Positions 1 to 10,017 of a DNA stretch of 46,529 bases are shown here, piece after piece. This DNA comes from Candidatus Thorarchaeota archaeon (lineage in GTDB: Archaea > Asgardarchaeota > Thorarchaeia > Thorarchaeales > Thorarchaeaceae). The position numbers were made by a program, and so were the translations under genes. Below the pieces are notes generated by a model, which ran no database searches, was not told the DNA's origin, and was given only the letters and a program-made list of their open reading frames with translations. The stretch lies in the NCBI GenBank assembly GCA_018238375.1, contig JABCTJ010000038.1:1-46529 (forward strand), given 5' to 3'. Each line of letters begins with the position of its first letter. The first letter of the stretch is position 1.

Positions 1-1194
1 GCACGAATGCGGTACGGCACCGCTTCGTTTCTCGCCGCTCAGGGAACGAAGATACTTCACGGGGAAACAAGGAAGAAAGAAGTCATAGATTCACTCAGGA
101 TAGACCGGTGGTTGCTCCATCGTTTCGTGGGTCCAGCTCTCACATTACTGTTCTTTTTGGCTCTCTTCTACACTCTGCTAATTGTCGGTGGAACAATTCA
201 GGGCCTATTAATGACCGTAAGTGAAGACCTCATCGCACTAATTCCAGCTGATGGCGGTTTCCTCACGCAGTTGTTGATTGATGGGTTGGCAGGTGTCACT
301 GCAGGCGTTGCTATGGCTTTGCCCTATGTCTTCCTGTTCTATATCATCTTAGGACTGACTGAGGACATCGGTCTTTTGCCACGGTTCGTCGTGAATGTCC
401 AGAGAACTCTCCGCTTCTTCCACATCCCAGAGAGAGGCTTCATCAGCCTGATGCTTGGCCTCGGATGCACGGTTCCAGCGGTCACCTCCACCAGAATCAT
501 GCGGGAGCGCAACCAGAGGGTTCGTCTCATATTCCTTTACGCCTTTGTACCATGCTCATCGCGACTGGGGATTATTCTGGGAGTTGTAGCGTTCTACGGT
601 GGCGACAGGCTAGTCCTTCCATTATTCGCTACGCTGGGGATGGCAGCGCTCTTTTGGCTATTGATCATGAGAATGCTTTCAAAGGACAAACTTGATCCCA
701 TCTTGCTAGAACTGCCGGCATATAGAAGACCGATGATAAGCAATGTGGCACACAAGAGCTGGCTTCGGATGAGAGAGTTCGTTGTCGTCGTGATTCCACT
801 ACTCATCCTGGGAGGAGTGATGTACTCTTTCATCGACCAGCTTGGTGGCACGGCGGTTCTCATCGGCCCCTTCGCATTTGTGACTGAAGACTTGCTGGGA
901 CTTCCCGCTGAAACGATTATCCCAATCCTGTTTGGGTTTGTCCAGAAGGACCTTACTGGGGCTATGTTGGTTTCGGTGCTCGGAGGAGATGTTGCCGCGG
1001 TCTTGACCCCGCTTCAGCTGTTCACCTTTGGTGTGGTCACGAGTATTGGCATTCCATGCATGATTGTGCTCCCAGCAATGTCGAGAGAAATCGGATGGAA
1101 GAATACGCTCATCATACTTGCCGCTACGAGCTTGTTCTCATTGGTTGTAGCGAGCACCGTCTGGCGGATCGCCCTATTTTTCGGGTTCATGTAA
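1..1194 (+). CDS. feoB: Ferrous iron transporter FeoB, membrane (Gate/C-terminal) part; 5' truncated by window edge
   Basis: Frame is open from base 1; FeoB motifs ED.G.LPR, GLGCTVPA..STR, VPCSSRL, LLELP.YR.P and a C-terminal PC; many TM helices. Confidence 0.85.
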   Translation, partial: ARMRYGTASFLAAQGTKILHGETRKKEVIDSLRIDRWLLHRFVGPALTLLFFLALFYTLLIVGGTIQGLLMTVSEDLIALIPADGGFLTQLLIDGLAGVTAGVAMALPYVFLFYIILGLTEDIGLLPRFVVNVQRTLRFFHIPERGFISLMLGLGCTVPAVTSTRIMRERNQRVRLIFLYAFVPCSSRLGIILGVVAFYGGDRLVLPLFATLGMAALFWLLIMRMLSKDKLDPILLELPAYRRPMISNVAHKSWLRMREFVVVVIPLLILGGVMYSFIDQLGGTAVLIGPFAFVTEDLLGLPAETIIPILFGFVQKDLTGAMLVSVLGGDVAAVLTPLQLFTFGVVTSIGIPCMIVLPAMSREIGWKNTLIILAATSLFSLVVASTVWRIALFFGFM

Positions 1195-1388
1195 AACAGA
1201 TGCAATTTTACAGATCATCCGCATGGCAGTAGGCTACTTTAGGGGTGTCCCTTCAGAAGCTCTCTGGGCGGCTCTCCCGCTCATCTGGTCAATACTTTGT
1301 TTCATGCACATTCTCGATTGAAGAAGGAAGCAAACGCAAGGGATAGGGCAAACCAAAAGGACTTGGGTTTCGTTGCTTCACGGAGAAG

Positions 1389-2930
1389 CTACTCATCGAA
1401 GAGGCTGCCCGCGACCGCCTCGACGGCAGATACGATGTCCCCCGAGTCCATGAGTTCACGAATCTGCATGATGTCAGGACTGAGCGCCCTATCATCTTCA
1501 AGAACGGGCACTCTCTCTCTGATGGCAGCGTGTGCCCTGGCAAGAGAATCTGATGGCTTCAGCGGCGATAAGAGATCAAGCCCCTGTGCTGCACACATGT
1601 ATTCGATTGCAATGATATTTTTCACATTCTCAAGAACCATCATTGCTTTTCTTGCTGCAATCGTGCCCATACTAACGTGGTCTTCCTGTCCAGCGCTTGT
1701 CGGTATCGAATCAACACTCGCTGGATGAGATAGGCTTTTGTTCTCAGAAACAAGCGCCGCCGCTGTGTATTGAGCTATCATCATCCCGGACTCAAGTCCA
1801 CTCTCCTTTGTCAAGAAGGGTGGTAGGTCGCTGAGAGCTGGGTCCACTAGCCTATTGATTCTCCTCTCTGATACGTTGCCAATCTCGGAGAGGGCTATTG
1901 TAAGAAAGTCCATAACCAGCGCTATTGGCTGCCCGTGAAAATTGCCTCCTGAGAGAATATCGCCACCCTCTGGGAAGACCAATGGATTGTCAGTGGCAGA
2001 ATTGATTTCTGTTTCCAGAACGCTCCGAACATACCTGATGGTGTCCAGTGATGCTCCCAGGATTTGAGGGATACACCTGAGCGAATATGCATCCTGAACC
2101 TTGCCGCAGTCCGCATGGGATTGATTGATCTCGCTGTCCTTGAGAATCGCCCTCAATGCCTTCGCAACGTCCTGTTGGCCCTCATGCGCTCGTATCGCAT
2201 GAATTCTCTCGTCAAAGGCCACACGAGTTCCCTTGAGAGCTTCTAGGCTCATGGCAGCTGCTACGGATGCGTCATGGACAAGCGTCATCGCATCATGAAC
2301 AGCAAGAAGACCAACTGCCGTCATTGGCTGAGTGCCATTGATTAGAGCGACACCTTCCTTTGCTTGAAGTATAATGGGGTCAATGCCAGCCACCATCAGC
2401 GCTGTCTTCCCGTCGCCTTTGTCATCACCATAGTAGGCCATACCTTCACCCATCATGACCAAGACCATGTGGGCAAGAGGAGCAAGATCGCCACTTGCAC
2501 CGACAGAGCCTTGCTGAGGAACTACTGGAATCACTCCTCGGTTGAGCATCTGAAGTAGGGTCTCAATGATCTCTATCCGAACGCCCGAGTATCCTTTGGC
2601 AAGAGCGTTTGCACGTAAGAGCATAATCGCCCTCACAATCTCCTTGGAGAATGGAGGTCCTACTCCTGCACTGTGACTCCTGATGATATTCACTTGGAGC
2701 TTAGCTACGTCATCCGCACTTATCGAAACATTGGCAAGACTGCCGAAGCCAGTGTTTACACCGTATACCGTCCGACCTGCGCTTATCGCGGATTCCACAA
2801 CATTGCGACTCTTGTGGATTTTCTTGCGTGCAGACTCGGCAAGCTCAGCCAGTTCATTATGACATGCGACTAGAATCACGTCTTCAATTGTCAGGCTCTC
2901 GCCATCAACCTCAACAACCATGGTATTCAT
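1389..2930 (-). CDS. hutH: Histidine ammonia-lyase
   Basis: VYGVNTGFG, MIO-forming GSVGASGDL, QDAYSLRC, SGGNFHG, QEDHVSMG; overlaps the hutU stop. Confidence 0.96.
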   Translation of the reverse strand: MNTMVVEVDGESLTIEDVILVACHNELAELAESARKKIHKSRNVVESAISAGRTVYGVNTGFGSLANVSISADDVAKLQVNIIRSHSAGVGPPFSKEIVRAIMLLRANALAKGYSGVRIEIIETLLQMLNRGVIPVVPQQGSVGASGDLAPLAHMVLVMMGEGMAYYGDDKGDGKTALMVAGIDPIILQAKEGVALINGTQPMTAVGLLAVHDAMTLVHDASVAAAMSLEALKGTRVAFDERIHAIRAHEGQQDVAKALRAILKDSEINQSHADCGKVQDAYSLRCIPQILGASLDTIRYVRSVLETEINSATDNPLVFPEGGDILSGGNFHGQPIALVMDFLTIALSEIGNVSERRINRLVDPALSDLPPFLTKESGLESGMMIAQYTAAALVSENKSLSHPASVDSIPTSAGQEDHVSMGTIAARKAMMVLENVKNIIAIEYMCAAQGLDLLSPLKPSDSLARAHAAIRERVPVLEDDRALSPDIMQIRELMDSGDIVSAVEAVAGSLFDE

Positions 2931-4954
2931 CCCTTCCTTTTTTCAAGCGCCGCTCTAACGAGTCCTTCCACCAGTCCATCTTCAGGAGTGAATGGCAGAG
3001 TGATTTGCCCTCTGCCGCTTAAAGTCCTATTCCACTCAATCACCGTTTCAACAGCGTTCTCGTTTCTTGCCCATGCACGACGCGCCACTCCACCCATCAC
3101 ATCCCAGTTGACTCCGACCCTGATTATTTCGTCCACCCGCTCACTACCGTCGAGAACCAAGCCAAAACCACCATTGATTGCCTTTCCCGTGCCAACTCCA
3201 CCACCATTTGATAGGACACACAGCGTCATCCCTCGCGCCGCATTTCCCGCCCAACACTGATGCGCCATATCGCTGGTGACATTACTGCCGTCCATGATAT
3301 TAGCAGTTTCTCTGAATGGTGAATCGGTGCCTCCAGTATCGTGATGATCCCGACCTAGCATTATCGGCCCCACTTTGCCCTCCTTCACCATCTTATTGAA
3401 CTCGAGCGCTATTTTGATGCGTCCATTTGCATCTGCATACAGGATTCTGGCTTGAGAACCGATTACGAGAGCGTTTTTCTCTGCGTTTCGAATCCAAATG
3501 TAATTGTCACGATCCTGCCCACCAAGCGTGGGGTCTATGCACGACATCGCAGCTTTGTCGGTTGCTGTCAAGTCTTTGTGCAACCCGCTCAAGCATACCC
3601 AACGAAACGGACCGTAGCCGCAGTCAAAGCAAATTGGCCCCATGATGTCTTCTACGTATGATGGGAAAATGAATCCGTCATTCGTGTTTTCGCCATTCTT
3701 TGCAATGGCTGTTGCACCTGCATCGAAGATTGCCTTCATGAAGCTGTTTCCATAGTCCCAGAAGTACGTGCCGCGTTCGGTCATGATTTGAATGAGTCTG
3801 AACTGCTTGCGGAGGGATGCGTTTACCAGCTCGATGAATCGCTCTCGGTCGCTTTTGAGAAGCTCGCGTCCCTCTTCAAATGTGACTCCTTGAGGCGTGT
3901 ACCCTCCGCCATAGACGTCATGACATGAAGTTTGATCTGATGCTAGCTCAATGGGGATGCTATTGTCCACAACATATTGCCAAAGGTCGACAATGTTACC
4001 GTGGTAACCAATTGAGATCGGCTCTTTCTTCGCTCGGTACTCCTCAACCCACTCAAAGATTTCAGGCAGGTTGTTAGAGTGTTTACTAAGCCATCCCTGT
4101 TCGCTGCGGGTAATTATGCGGCTCTTATCAACCTCTGCGACGATTCCGATTCCGCCAGCAATCTCAACTGCTTTTGGCTGTGCTCCACTCATACCCCCAA
4201 GGCCTGATGTTAGGAAAACCTTGCCGCACAGGTCCTCATCGTCTGCCAAGCCAAGATACAGCCGACCTGCATTCAACAGTGTGATGCATGTCCCGTGAAC
4301 GATGCCTTGAGGACCAATGTACATCCAGCCACCAGCCGTCATCTGGCCATAATTTGTATTCCCCATCGCTGATGCGCGATGAAAATCTTGAGGAGTGTCG
4401 AAAATGCCAACCATGAGACCATTGGTCGATATCACACGAGGCGCATTCCTATGCGATGGAAAGAGTCCTACAGGATGCCCAGAGCTGACAACCAATGTTT
4501 GGTCCCCAGTCATTGTTTCCAAGTATTTCTTAATCAACCTGTACTGCATCCAGTTCTGACAGACCTGACCATTCTCGCCATAGGTCACGAGATCGTAGGG
4601 GTAGAGGGCTACATCGAAGTCTAGATTGTTGTCAATCATAAGCTGAAGCGCTCTTGCCTCAAGGATTCCTTTGTACTCATCAACCGGCTTCGCCTTGATT
4701 GTTCCTAGAGGTCGGTAGCGATATCCATAGATTCTTCCTCGAGTTATCAATTCTTTCAGAAACTCCGGGGCTAGCGTTTCATGCAAACTCTCAGGGATGT
4801 ACCGGAGCGCATTCTTCAGGGCCACGACTATCTCTCCTTCAGTCAAATTTAGACCTCGATTCGGAGCCCGTCGGTATTGGGGGTCAAAGACTGGGTCAGG
4901 GGGAAGGTCAGAGGATAGCTTAATCGTCATTGCTTTGGAAACGTCAACCTTCAC
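2927..4954 (-). CDS. hutU: Urocanate hydratase, long (about 675 aa) type
   Basis: YGQMTAGGWMYIGPQGIVHGT, GLGGMSGAQPKA, SDQTSCH, FWDYGN, GRDHHD; GTG start. Confidence 0.96.
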   Translation of the reverse strand: MKVDVSKAMTIKLSSDLPPDPVFDPQYRRAPNRGLNLTEGEIVVALKNALRYIPESLHETLAPEFLKELITRGRIYGYRYRPLGTIKAKPVDEYKGILEARALQLMIDNNLDFDVALYPYDLVTYGENGQVCQNWMQYRLIKKYLETMTGDQTLVVSSGHPVGLFPSHRNAPRVISTNGLMVGIFDTPQDFHRASAMGNTNYGQMTAGGWMYIGPQGIVHGTCITLLNAGRLYLGLADDEDLCGKVFLTSGLGGMSGAQPKAVEIAGGIGIVAEVDKSRIITRSEQGWLSKHSNNLPEIFEWVEEYRAKKEPISIGYHGNIVDLWQYVVDNSIPIELASDQTSCHDVYGGGYTPQGVTFEEGRELLKSDRERFIELVNASLRKQFRLIQIMTERGTYFWDYGNSFMKAIFDAGATAIAKNGENTNDGFIFPSYVEDIMGPICFDCGYGPFRWVCLSGLHKDLTATDKAAMSCIDPTLGGQDRDNYIWIRNAEKNALVIGSQARILYADANGRIKIALEFNKMVKEGKVGPIMLGRDHHDTGGTDSPFRETANIMDGSNVTSDMAHQCWAGNAARGMTLCVLSNGGGVGTGKAINGGFGLVLDGSERVDEIIRVGVNWDVMGGVARRAWARNENAVETVIEWNRTLSGRGQITLPFTPEDGLVEGLVRAALEKRKG

Positions 4955-5157
4955 AGAATCACATCCTTCTGGCTAACTACTCATAGCATGCCGCTCCATA
5001 AAGGAGTTGGGGATTGAAAAACAAAAACACGGTAGATTGATCAAATTGAGTTCATGCTTTGAATCAGCTCGCTAAGATGGAATCTGTGATGAGCGTTAAT
5101 CGGCATATTCGAAAACAGCTGTGCGTACTCTCTGCTGCAGAAGATGGTTATTATGTC

Positions 5158-5745
5158 CTAGAGAGCGACGAACTCCGCGCTACTAGCATCCCAACCCAAT
5201 CGTTTTGCCTTCTGAAAAGCCTCACTTGATTCCTTGTACTGACCCAGAAGCCATAGAATCAATCGAATCTTATTCCACAGGTGAGGGTTGTCGGGGTCGG
5301 ATTCAAGCTCTGTGCGAACTCCAGATTCGATTCTCTTGTATTCCTCAAGTTCGCTCTTCCGGAAAGCTACAGCCTGCTCCAACAGACCGTAGATATAGAC
5401 AGCTGGTCGATCTATGACATGAGTTAGAAACTCTGTTGGTCGTCCGCGAAGGGCGGCGTTGATTGCGGCCGCGGGAGTATCCTTAGTCCTCCAAAACTCA
5501 CCGCTTACCAGCTGTATTTCATATCCATGCTGCATGAAATCAAGAAGCTCTGCCAAATGGCTTGTAACTGGGTGATCATCTCCGAGATCGCGTTCACAGA
5601 GACTCCACTCGTTGTAGATACATTGGGAGCCAATGAAATCTGTTACGCTTGGCGTTGCTCTTATCTTCTTCAGATCGCTCATCAGACTTTTCACTGCGTA
5701 TTCCTTACGCCGAACTGGGAGCTGAATAGAGTTTTCACCCGCCAT
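5158..5745 (-). CDS. Hypothetical protein with a C-terminal TPR-like helix pair
   Basis: 195-aa ORF with a GGCGAA/GGTGG upstream; C-terminal DPDNPHLWNKIRLILWLLGQYKESSEAFQKA fits the TPR pattern. Confidence 0.6.
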   Translation of the reverse strand: MAGENSIQLPVRRKEYAVKSLMSDLKKIRATPSVTDFIGSQCIYNEWSLCERDLGDDHPVTSHLAELLDFMQHGYEIQLVSGEFWRTKDTPAAAINAALRGRPTEFLTHVIDRPAVYIYGLLEQAVAFRKSELEEYKRIESGVRTELESDPDNPHLWNKIRLILWLLGQYKESSEAFQKAKRLGWDASSAEFVAL

Positions 5746-5837
5746 TTTGTTTCGCCCACCGTTCGCTCCAATAGGTTTGCATTCATAAAAACCATATGAG
5801 GATTAACCTATACCCAGTGTAGTAGCATACTATGGTT

Positions 5838-6608
5838 CTAAAATGGAAAACCCCACAGCATCCACCCCGGCAGACCAACAAAGAACCTGACATAAATGAC
5901 CAAAATCAGTATCAAGAGGGAAGATAGCACTAACGCCCAGTCCCGTTTCCTGAAACGCAGCATCTCCATATAGGTCCGGTTCTCGCTGACGCCAAAGCCT
6001 CTTGATTCCATGCTCTCAGCAATCGAGAGAGCACGCCTAATTGACACGATTATTAGAGGCACAATAATGGGTATGATGTTCCTGACGCGTTTGATAATAT
6101 TTCCCTTGTCAAGCTCAACTCCCCGAGCCCTCTGAGCATCCATAATAGCATAGGCCTCTTGGCCCAGAGTTGGTACGTATCTCATTGCCATACTCATTGC
6201 GAAGGCAAACTCGAACTTCACACGCATCTGTATCAATGCCTGTGACAGCTGGTCCGGTTGGACCGTGAGGAAGAACAACGAGAATGAAGTCATCAAAGCC
6301 ACCAACCGAATCGCCAACGAGAGGGAATAGGAAAATGGGTACTCCATAGGTGAGAGCAGCGTGTTGAACACTAGCACGAATACAAGAAGAGCGCCCAATC
6401 CCTTCATGCTCGTTGCCCATCTGCCCAGGGATTTCGCTGCAGCAATCATCGGAAGAAGGCAGGTGAAAACCATAAGGAGAGGGATAATTTCCATGAACAT
6501 CATGGATACTGCTGCACATACTATAGACAGAACAAGCTTTGATCGTGGATCCAGGCGATGCATAACTGAGTCCTGTCTTGTGTATTGGAAAACTTCAAGG
6601 AACGACAT
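5838..6608 (-). CDS. ecfT: ECF transporter transmembrane T component
   Basis: HRLDPRSKL, AMRYVPTL, AQRARG and ESRGF (X-R-X motifs). Confidence 0.93.
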   Translation of the reverse strand: MSFLEVFQYTRQDSVMHRLDPRSKLVLSIVCAAVSMMFMEIIPLLMVFTCLLPMIAAAKSLGRWATSMKGLGALLVFVLVFNTLLSPMEYPFSYSLSLAIRLVALMTSFSLFFLTVQPDQLSQALIQMRVKFEFAFAMSMAMRYVPTLGQEAYAIMDAQRARGVELDKGNIIKRVRNIIPIIVPLIIVSIRRALSIAESMESRGFGVSENRTYMEMLRFRKRDWALVLSSLLILILVIYVRFFVGLPGWMLWGFPF

Positions 6609-7433
6609 CTATGCACCCCCAAGTATCCCCATGATGGTTTCCTCTAACTCGGATAATAATGTCAATCGTTGGCCAACTTCTGGGAAAACGTTTCGCAGTG
6701 CTCTAGCGGCTAATGTCATCTGAGGGGGTGCCAGTGCACATCTTTCAATGACCTCATCATTGCTCAGTACCATGCTTGTAGATCCGTCCGCAATAATCTG
6801 ACCATCAGCCATAGCAATTGTGCGAGGAAAGTTCTCGATGACAAACTCAATGTCGTGTGTCACAACAACAACTGTTCGCCCCCGCTTGTTCATCTCAGCG
6901 AGCATTTGGGCAAGCTGATTCTTTTGATGCGCATCCTGTCCGATTGTTGGCTCATCAAGCGCTAGAAAGCGCGGCTCTGTTGAAAGGACTGATGCGAGGG
7001 CAACACGTTTCCTCTCACCGCCAGACAGAGTAAAGGGAGACCTCTCTGCGAAGTCCTCCAAGCCTAGACTTGCCAGGGTCTTCTGACGTCTTTGCTCGGC
7101 CTCACTCTCGGTGAAGCCAATGTTTCTGAGCCCGAACTCCACTTCCTTCTTCACCGAATCTAGGAACAACTGATGGTCAGGGTTCTGGAAGACCAGTCCC
7201 ACCTCTCTGGCGATTTCTGCTACTGACATGAACTTGGTATCTTGTCCGTCAAGAATGACCCGTCCCTTTTGCGGACGGAGAAGGCCGTTCATGTGTTTGA
7301 CCATTGTGGTCTTGCCTGCACCGTTGGCACCGATGACCGCAAGACGCTCACCAGCGTCAACCTGTAGAGAGATACCCCGGAGGGCTGTGTAGACGCCATC
7401 GTAGGAATAATGCACATCTTCTAGGATGATCAC
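6609..7433 (-). CDS. ecfA2: ECF transporter ATPase A'
   Basis: Walker A GANGAGKT, VFQNPDHQLF, LSGGE, LDEPT, THD. Confidence 0.92.
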   Translation of the reverse strand: MIILEDVHYSYDGVYTALRGISLQVDAGERLAVIGANGAGKTTMVKHMNGLLRPQKGRVILDGQDTKFMSVAEIAREVGLVFQNPDHQLFLDSVKKEVEFGLRNIGFTESEAEQRRQKTLASLGLEDFAERSPFTLSGGERKRVALASVLSTEPRFLALDEPTIGQDAHQKNQLAQMLAEMNKRGRTVVVVTHDIEFVIENFPRTIAMADGQIIADGSTSMVLSNDEVIERCALAPPQMTLAARALRNVFPEVGQRLTLLSELEETIMGILGGA

Positions 7434-8272
7434 CTTGATGTCGCCTCCTGGACAAGCTCAGCCAATTCCACCCCTGTCAGAGGTACGGTTTCGAGTTCAA
7501 CACCCCTTGTTCTCAACCGTTTATACACCTGAGTCGCCTTGGGTACGCCAACGCCAATCTCCTCACAAAGGTCCATGGCAAGGATTTCTCTCGGATTCCC
7601 ATCAGCAACAATACGCCCCTTGTTCATCAAGATGATACGAGATGCATCCTTTGCAACCAAGTCAAGCCGATGCTCCACAAGAACGACAGCCATACCTCTC
7701 TTGTTGAGATGTGCGATTATCTCGAGAATAGCCTCTGCACTCTGGGGATCAAGATTCGAGGTGGGTTCATCAGCCACAAGGACTTTTGGCTTTAAGGCCA
7801 GCGTTGCAGCAATCGCGACTCGCTGCTGTTCGCCACCCGACATCTCGTGAGGGTGTTTTTCTCTCAGTTCTTCAAGGTCGAGTAGCTCTATCAGTTCCTC
7901 TACTCTACGTCTTATTTCATTAGGCGCGACACCAAGATTCTCAGGACCGAATGCAATTTCTTTTTCCACATCGAGAGTTACGAGCTGATTTTCTGGATTC
8001 TGGAACACCAAGCCTGCAACAGAGGCGAATGTCGCCACTTCATTCTCGCGGGTGTTCTTTCCGTCCGTGTAAACGTTACCAGCGACATATCCGCGATGGA
8101 ACTGAGGAACAAGCGCGTTTATCGCTCTGCAAAAAGTGGTTTTTCCACACCCAGAGGGCCCTGTGATAACAACATATTCGCCCTCATCGATTGTGAGTTT
8201 GATTCTTTTCAGAGCGAGGGAGTCCGCTCCTAGGTACTTGAAGCTGAAATCGGCGAACTCTATCAGCGCCAT
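7430..8272 (-). CDS. ecfA1: ECF transporter ATPase A
   Basis: GPSGCGKT, VFQNPENQL, MSGGEQQR, DEPTSNLD, EHRL. Confidence 0.92.
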   Translation of the reverse strand: MALIEFADFSFKYLGADSLALKRIKLTIDEGEYVVITGPSGCGKTTFCRAINALVPQFHRGYVAGNVYTDGKNTRENEVATFASVAGLVFQNPENQLVTLDVEKEIAFGPENLGVAPNEIRRRVEELIELLDLEELREKHPHEMSGGEQQRVAIAATLALKPKVLVADEPTSNLDPQSAEAILEIIAHLNKRGMAVVLVEHRLDLVAKDASRIILMNKGRIVADGNPREILAMDLCEEIGVGVPKATQVYKRLRTRGVELETVPLTGVELAELVQEATSR

Positions 8273-8286
8273 GGATTCTCTTCCTC

Positions 8287-9294
8287 TTAGGATGACTCAT
8301 CACTCTCAGGTGATGGCTCTCTCTTGATTGCGTCCCTAATGAGTTGTACTGCTCTTAAGGCGGCCTTGTCCCCGAGTATCCTGCCATTTGCTCCAGCAGC
8401 ATTAGGATGCCCGCCTCCCTTTCCCTCAATAAATTCTCCGAGCGGCTCCATCACGTCACTTCCCAGATTAACGCCAGTCTTCTCATAGAACTCCGTGGTG
8501 CTCCTAGAGCTCAGACGCACTTCTCCATTAGATGGATTCCCACTGACGATAGCGACATCGGCACCCATCCCAATCAGTCCACGGCATGCACTGGCCTCAA
8601 AGGCTTTGATTCTGGATGTGACGATGATCCAGTTGTCAATATTGTGGACCTGTAATCGGCCGGCAGCCTTGAGCCTTGCTATCCGTTCCGATCTACTAGG
8701 TTTGATGGCCAGTGAATTCATGCACGCTTGATAGTCAGCTCCATTGCGCACTAACCTGGTTGCAGCAACGAGAGTATCCTCGTCTGCATAGAGGAATCTA
8801 CGGGTGTCAAACAACATTCCAGTGAGGAGTAGATTTGCGATATCCGCTCCAATATCTAATTTGACCTCATCATATAGACCCGCAATAATCTCGCAAGCAG
8901 AGTATCTATCGCTCCGTACAACTGCATGCTTCGCAATGCTATCAAGCTCTGGGTTAGGTTCATGATGATCAATCACCAAGGTCCGTTCAGGATTGACAAC
9001 GACATCCTTGAGCTTAGGACCGAGTTGTAGTAGGCTATTTGTATCTACAAGGATTACCAGGTCGTGACCATCTTCAACTGTTTCGAGAATCTCAGCAGTA
9101 GGTGCAAATCTATCGAGTACTTGCATCGAGAGCCTGCTTACATCATCGCACGCAAGCTTGGGCATACTCTTTGGATTGAGTTTCCTACAAATATCCGCGA
9201 CTGCAATCATTGAGCAAACTGCATCAGGGTCTGCATTATGATGCCCTAGAATCACAGGATGAAAAGATGACTTCAACAGGGAAATGAGATTCAT
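8287..9294 (-). CDS. DHH/DHHA1 phosphoesterase (NrnA-like, exosome-operon associated)
   Basis: GHHNADPDA, ILVDT, VIDHH, GMLFDT, GGGHPNAAGA. Confidence 0.9.
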   Translation of the reverse strand: MNLISLLKSSFHPVILGHHNADPDAVCSMIAVADICRKLNPKSMPKLACDDVSRLSMQVLDRFAPTAEILETVEDGHDLVILVDTNSLLQLGPKLKDVVVNPERTLVIDHHEPNPELDSIAKHAVVRSDRYSACEIIAGLYDEVKLDIGADIANLLLTGMLFDTRRFLYADEDTLVAATRLVRNGADYQACMNSLAIKPSRSERIARLKAAGRLQVHNIDNWIIVTSRIKAFEASACRGLIGMGADVAIVSGNPSNGEVRLSSRSTTEFYEKTGVNLGSDVMEPLGEFIEGKGGGHPNAAGANGRILGDKAALRAVQLIRDAIKREPSPESDESS

Positions 9295-9599
9295 TGCGCC
9301 TTCATCTCCGTGAGTCGTTTCTCAAGCCACTCCGTTCCGAATCTGTTTGCTTCTTCCAGTATATCGTCAAGTGAGTGACCTGTGTCGTATTCCTGCGCCA
9401 AGTCTAGTTGTACTTCGAACTCAAGAGTTTCATCAAGATCGAGTATGCAGGTCACGGTAAGCTCTGAGATGCTCTTTTTTGGTATCTTATCGAAGATGTA
9501 CTGCGTGATGGCCGCTTCACACTCTTCTGTCAACTGCTCAAGGTCAGATTCCGATAACTCTGGCAATCCAATTTCGACTACTGGATTCATGTCTCTCAC
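9291..9599 (-). CDS. DUF3194-family protein
   Basis: IGLPELSE N-terminal motif; usual archaeal position next to prefoldin beta. Confidence 0.75.
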   Translation of the reverse strand: MRDMNPVVEIGLPELSESDLEQLTEECEAAITQYIFDKIPKKSISELTVTCILDLDETLEFEVQLDLAQEYDTGHSLDDILEEANRFGTEWLEKRLTEMKAQ

Positions 9600-9979
9600 T
9601 GGAGCCTGAGATTATGCTTGCTAAGCTCGAGCTGTATCTTCTCCTGAAGCTCCTTCAGACTAGCTGCGAGTGATTCTACTTTCTTCTTCATAGAATTCAG
9701 TGTCTTCTCAAGAACTACTTCTCGATCTGCAAGCTCCTTGACTGTTGAGGGCTTGTCAACCTTGAACAGGATTTGCCCGACATTCTTGTAGGTCACAACA
9801 TCATCAGGCTGCTTGTTTAGCTCTTCAAGAGTTGCTTTGACCTGATTCAATTCCATCTGCCATGTCTGCGATTGCGCAGCCATTGTTTCGTAGTTACGCT
9901 GCATGGTATCGAATTTTCGCAGGTCTTGTTCCAATGCGGGGGGTAATGTCTGAGCCATAATTGTTGAACTCCCTTTCAA
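9596..9979 (-). CDS. pfdB: Prefoldin beta subunit (probable start MAQTLPP at 9958)
   Basis: Coiled coil-beta hairpin-coiled coil with VYKNVGQILFK-like motif; operon context. Confidence 0.9.
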   Translation of the reverse strand: MKGSSTIMAQTLPPALEQDLRKFDTMQRNYETMAAQSQTWQMELNQVKATLEELNKQPDDVVTYKNVGQILFKVDKPSTVKELADREVVLEKTLNSMKKKVESLAASLKELQEKIQLELSKHNLRLQ

Positions 9980-10017
9980 GTGCGGGGCGTTTCAAAGGGC
10001 GCCTGATGAGTTACGAC

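Noticed and set aside
1210-1290. Glycine-riboswitch-like GGAGAG...GAAGG on the minus strand
   Set aside because: It lacks the CTCTCAGG core and lies between convergent 3' ends, not in a leader
9960-10017. Possible C/D-box sRNA (CTGATGA) between pcc1 and pfdB
   Set aside because: No correctly ordered C/D'/C'/D boxes; the region holds the pfdB RBS
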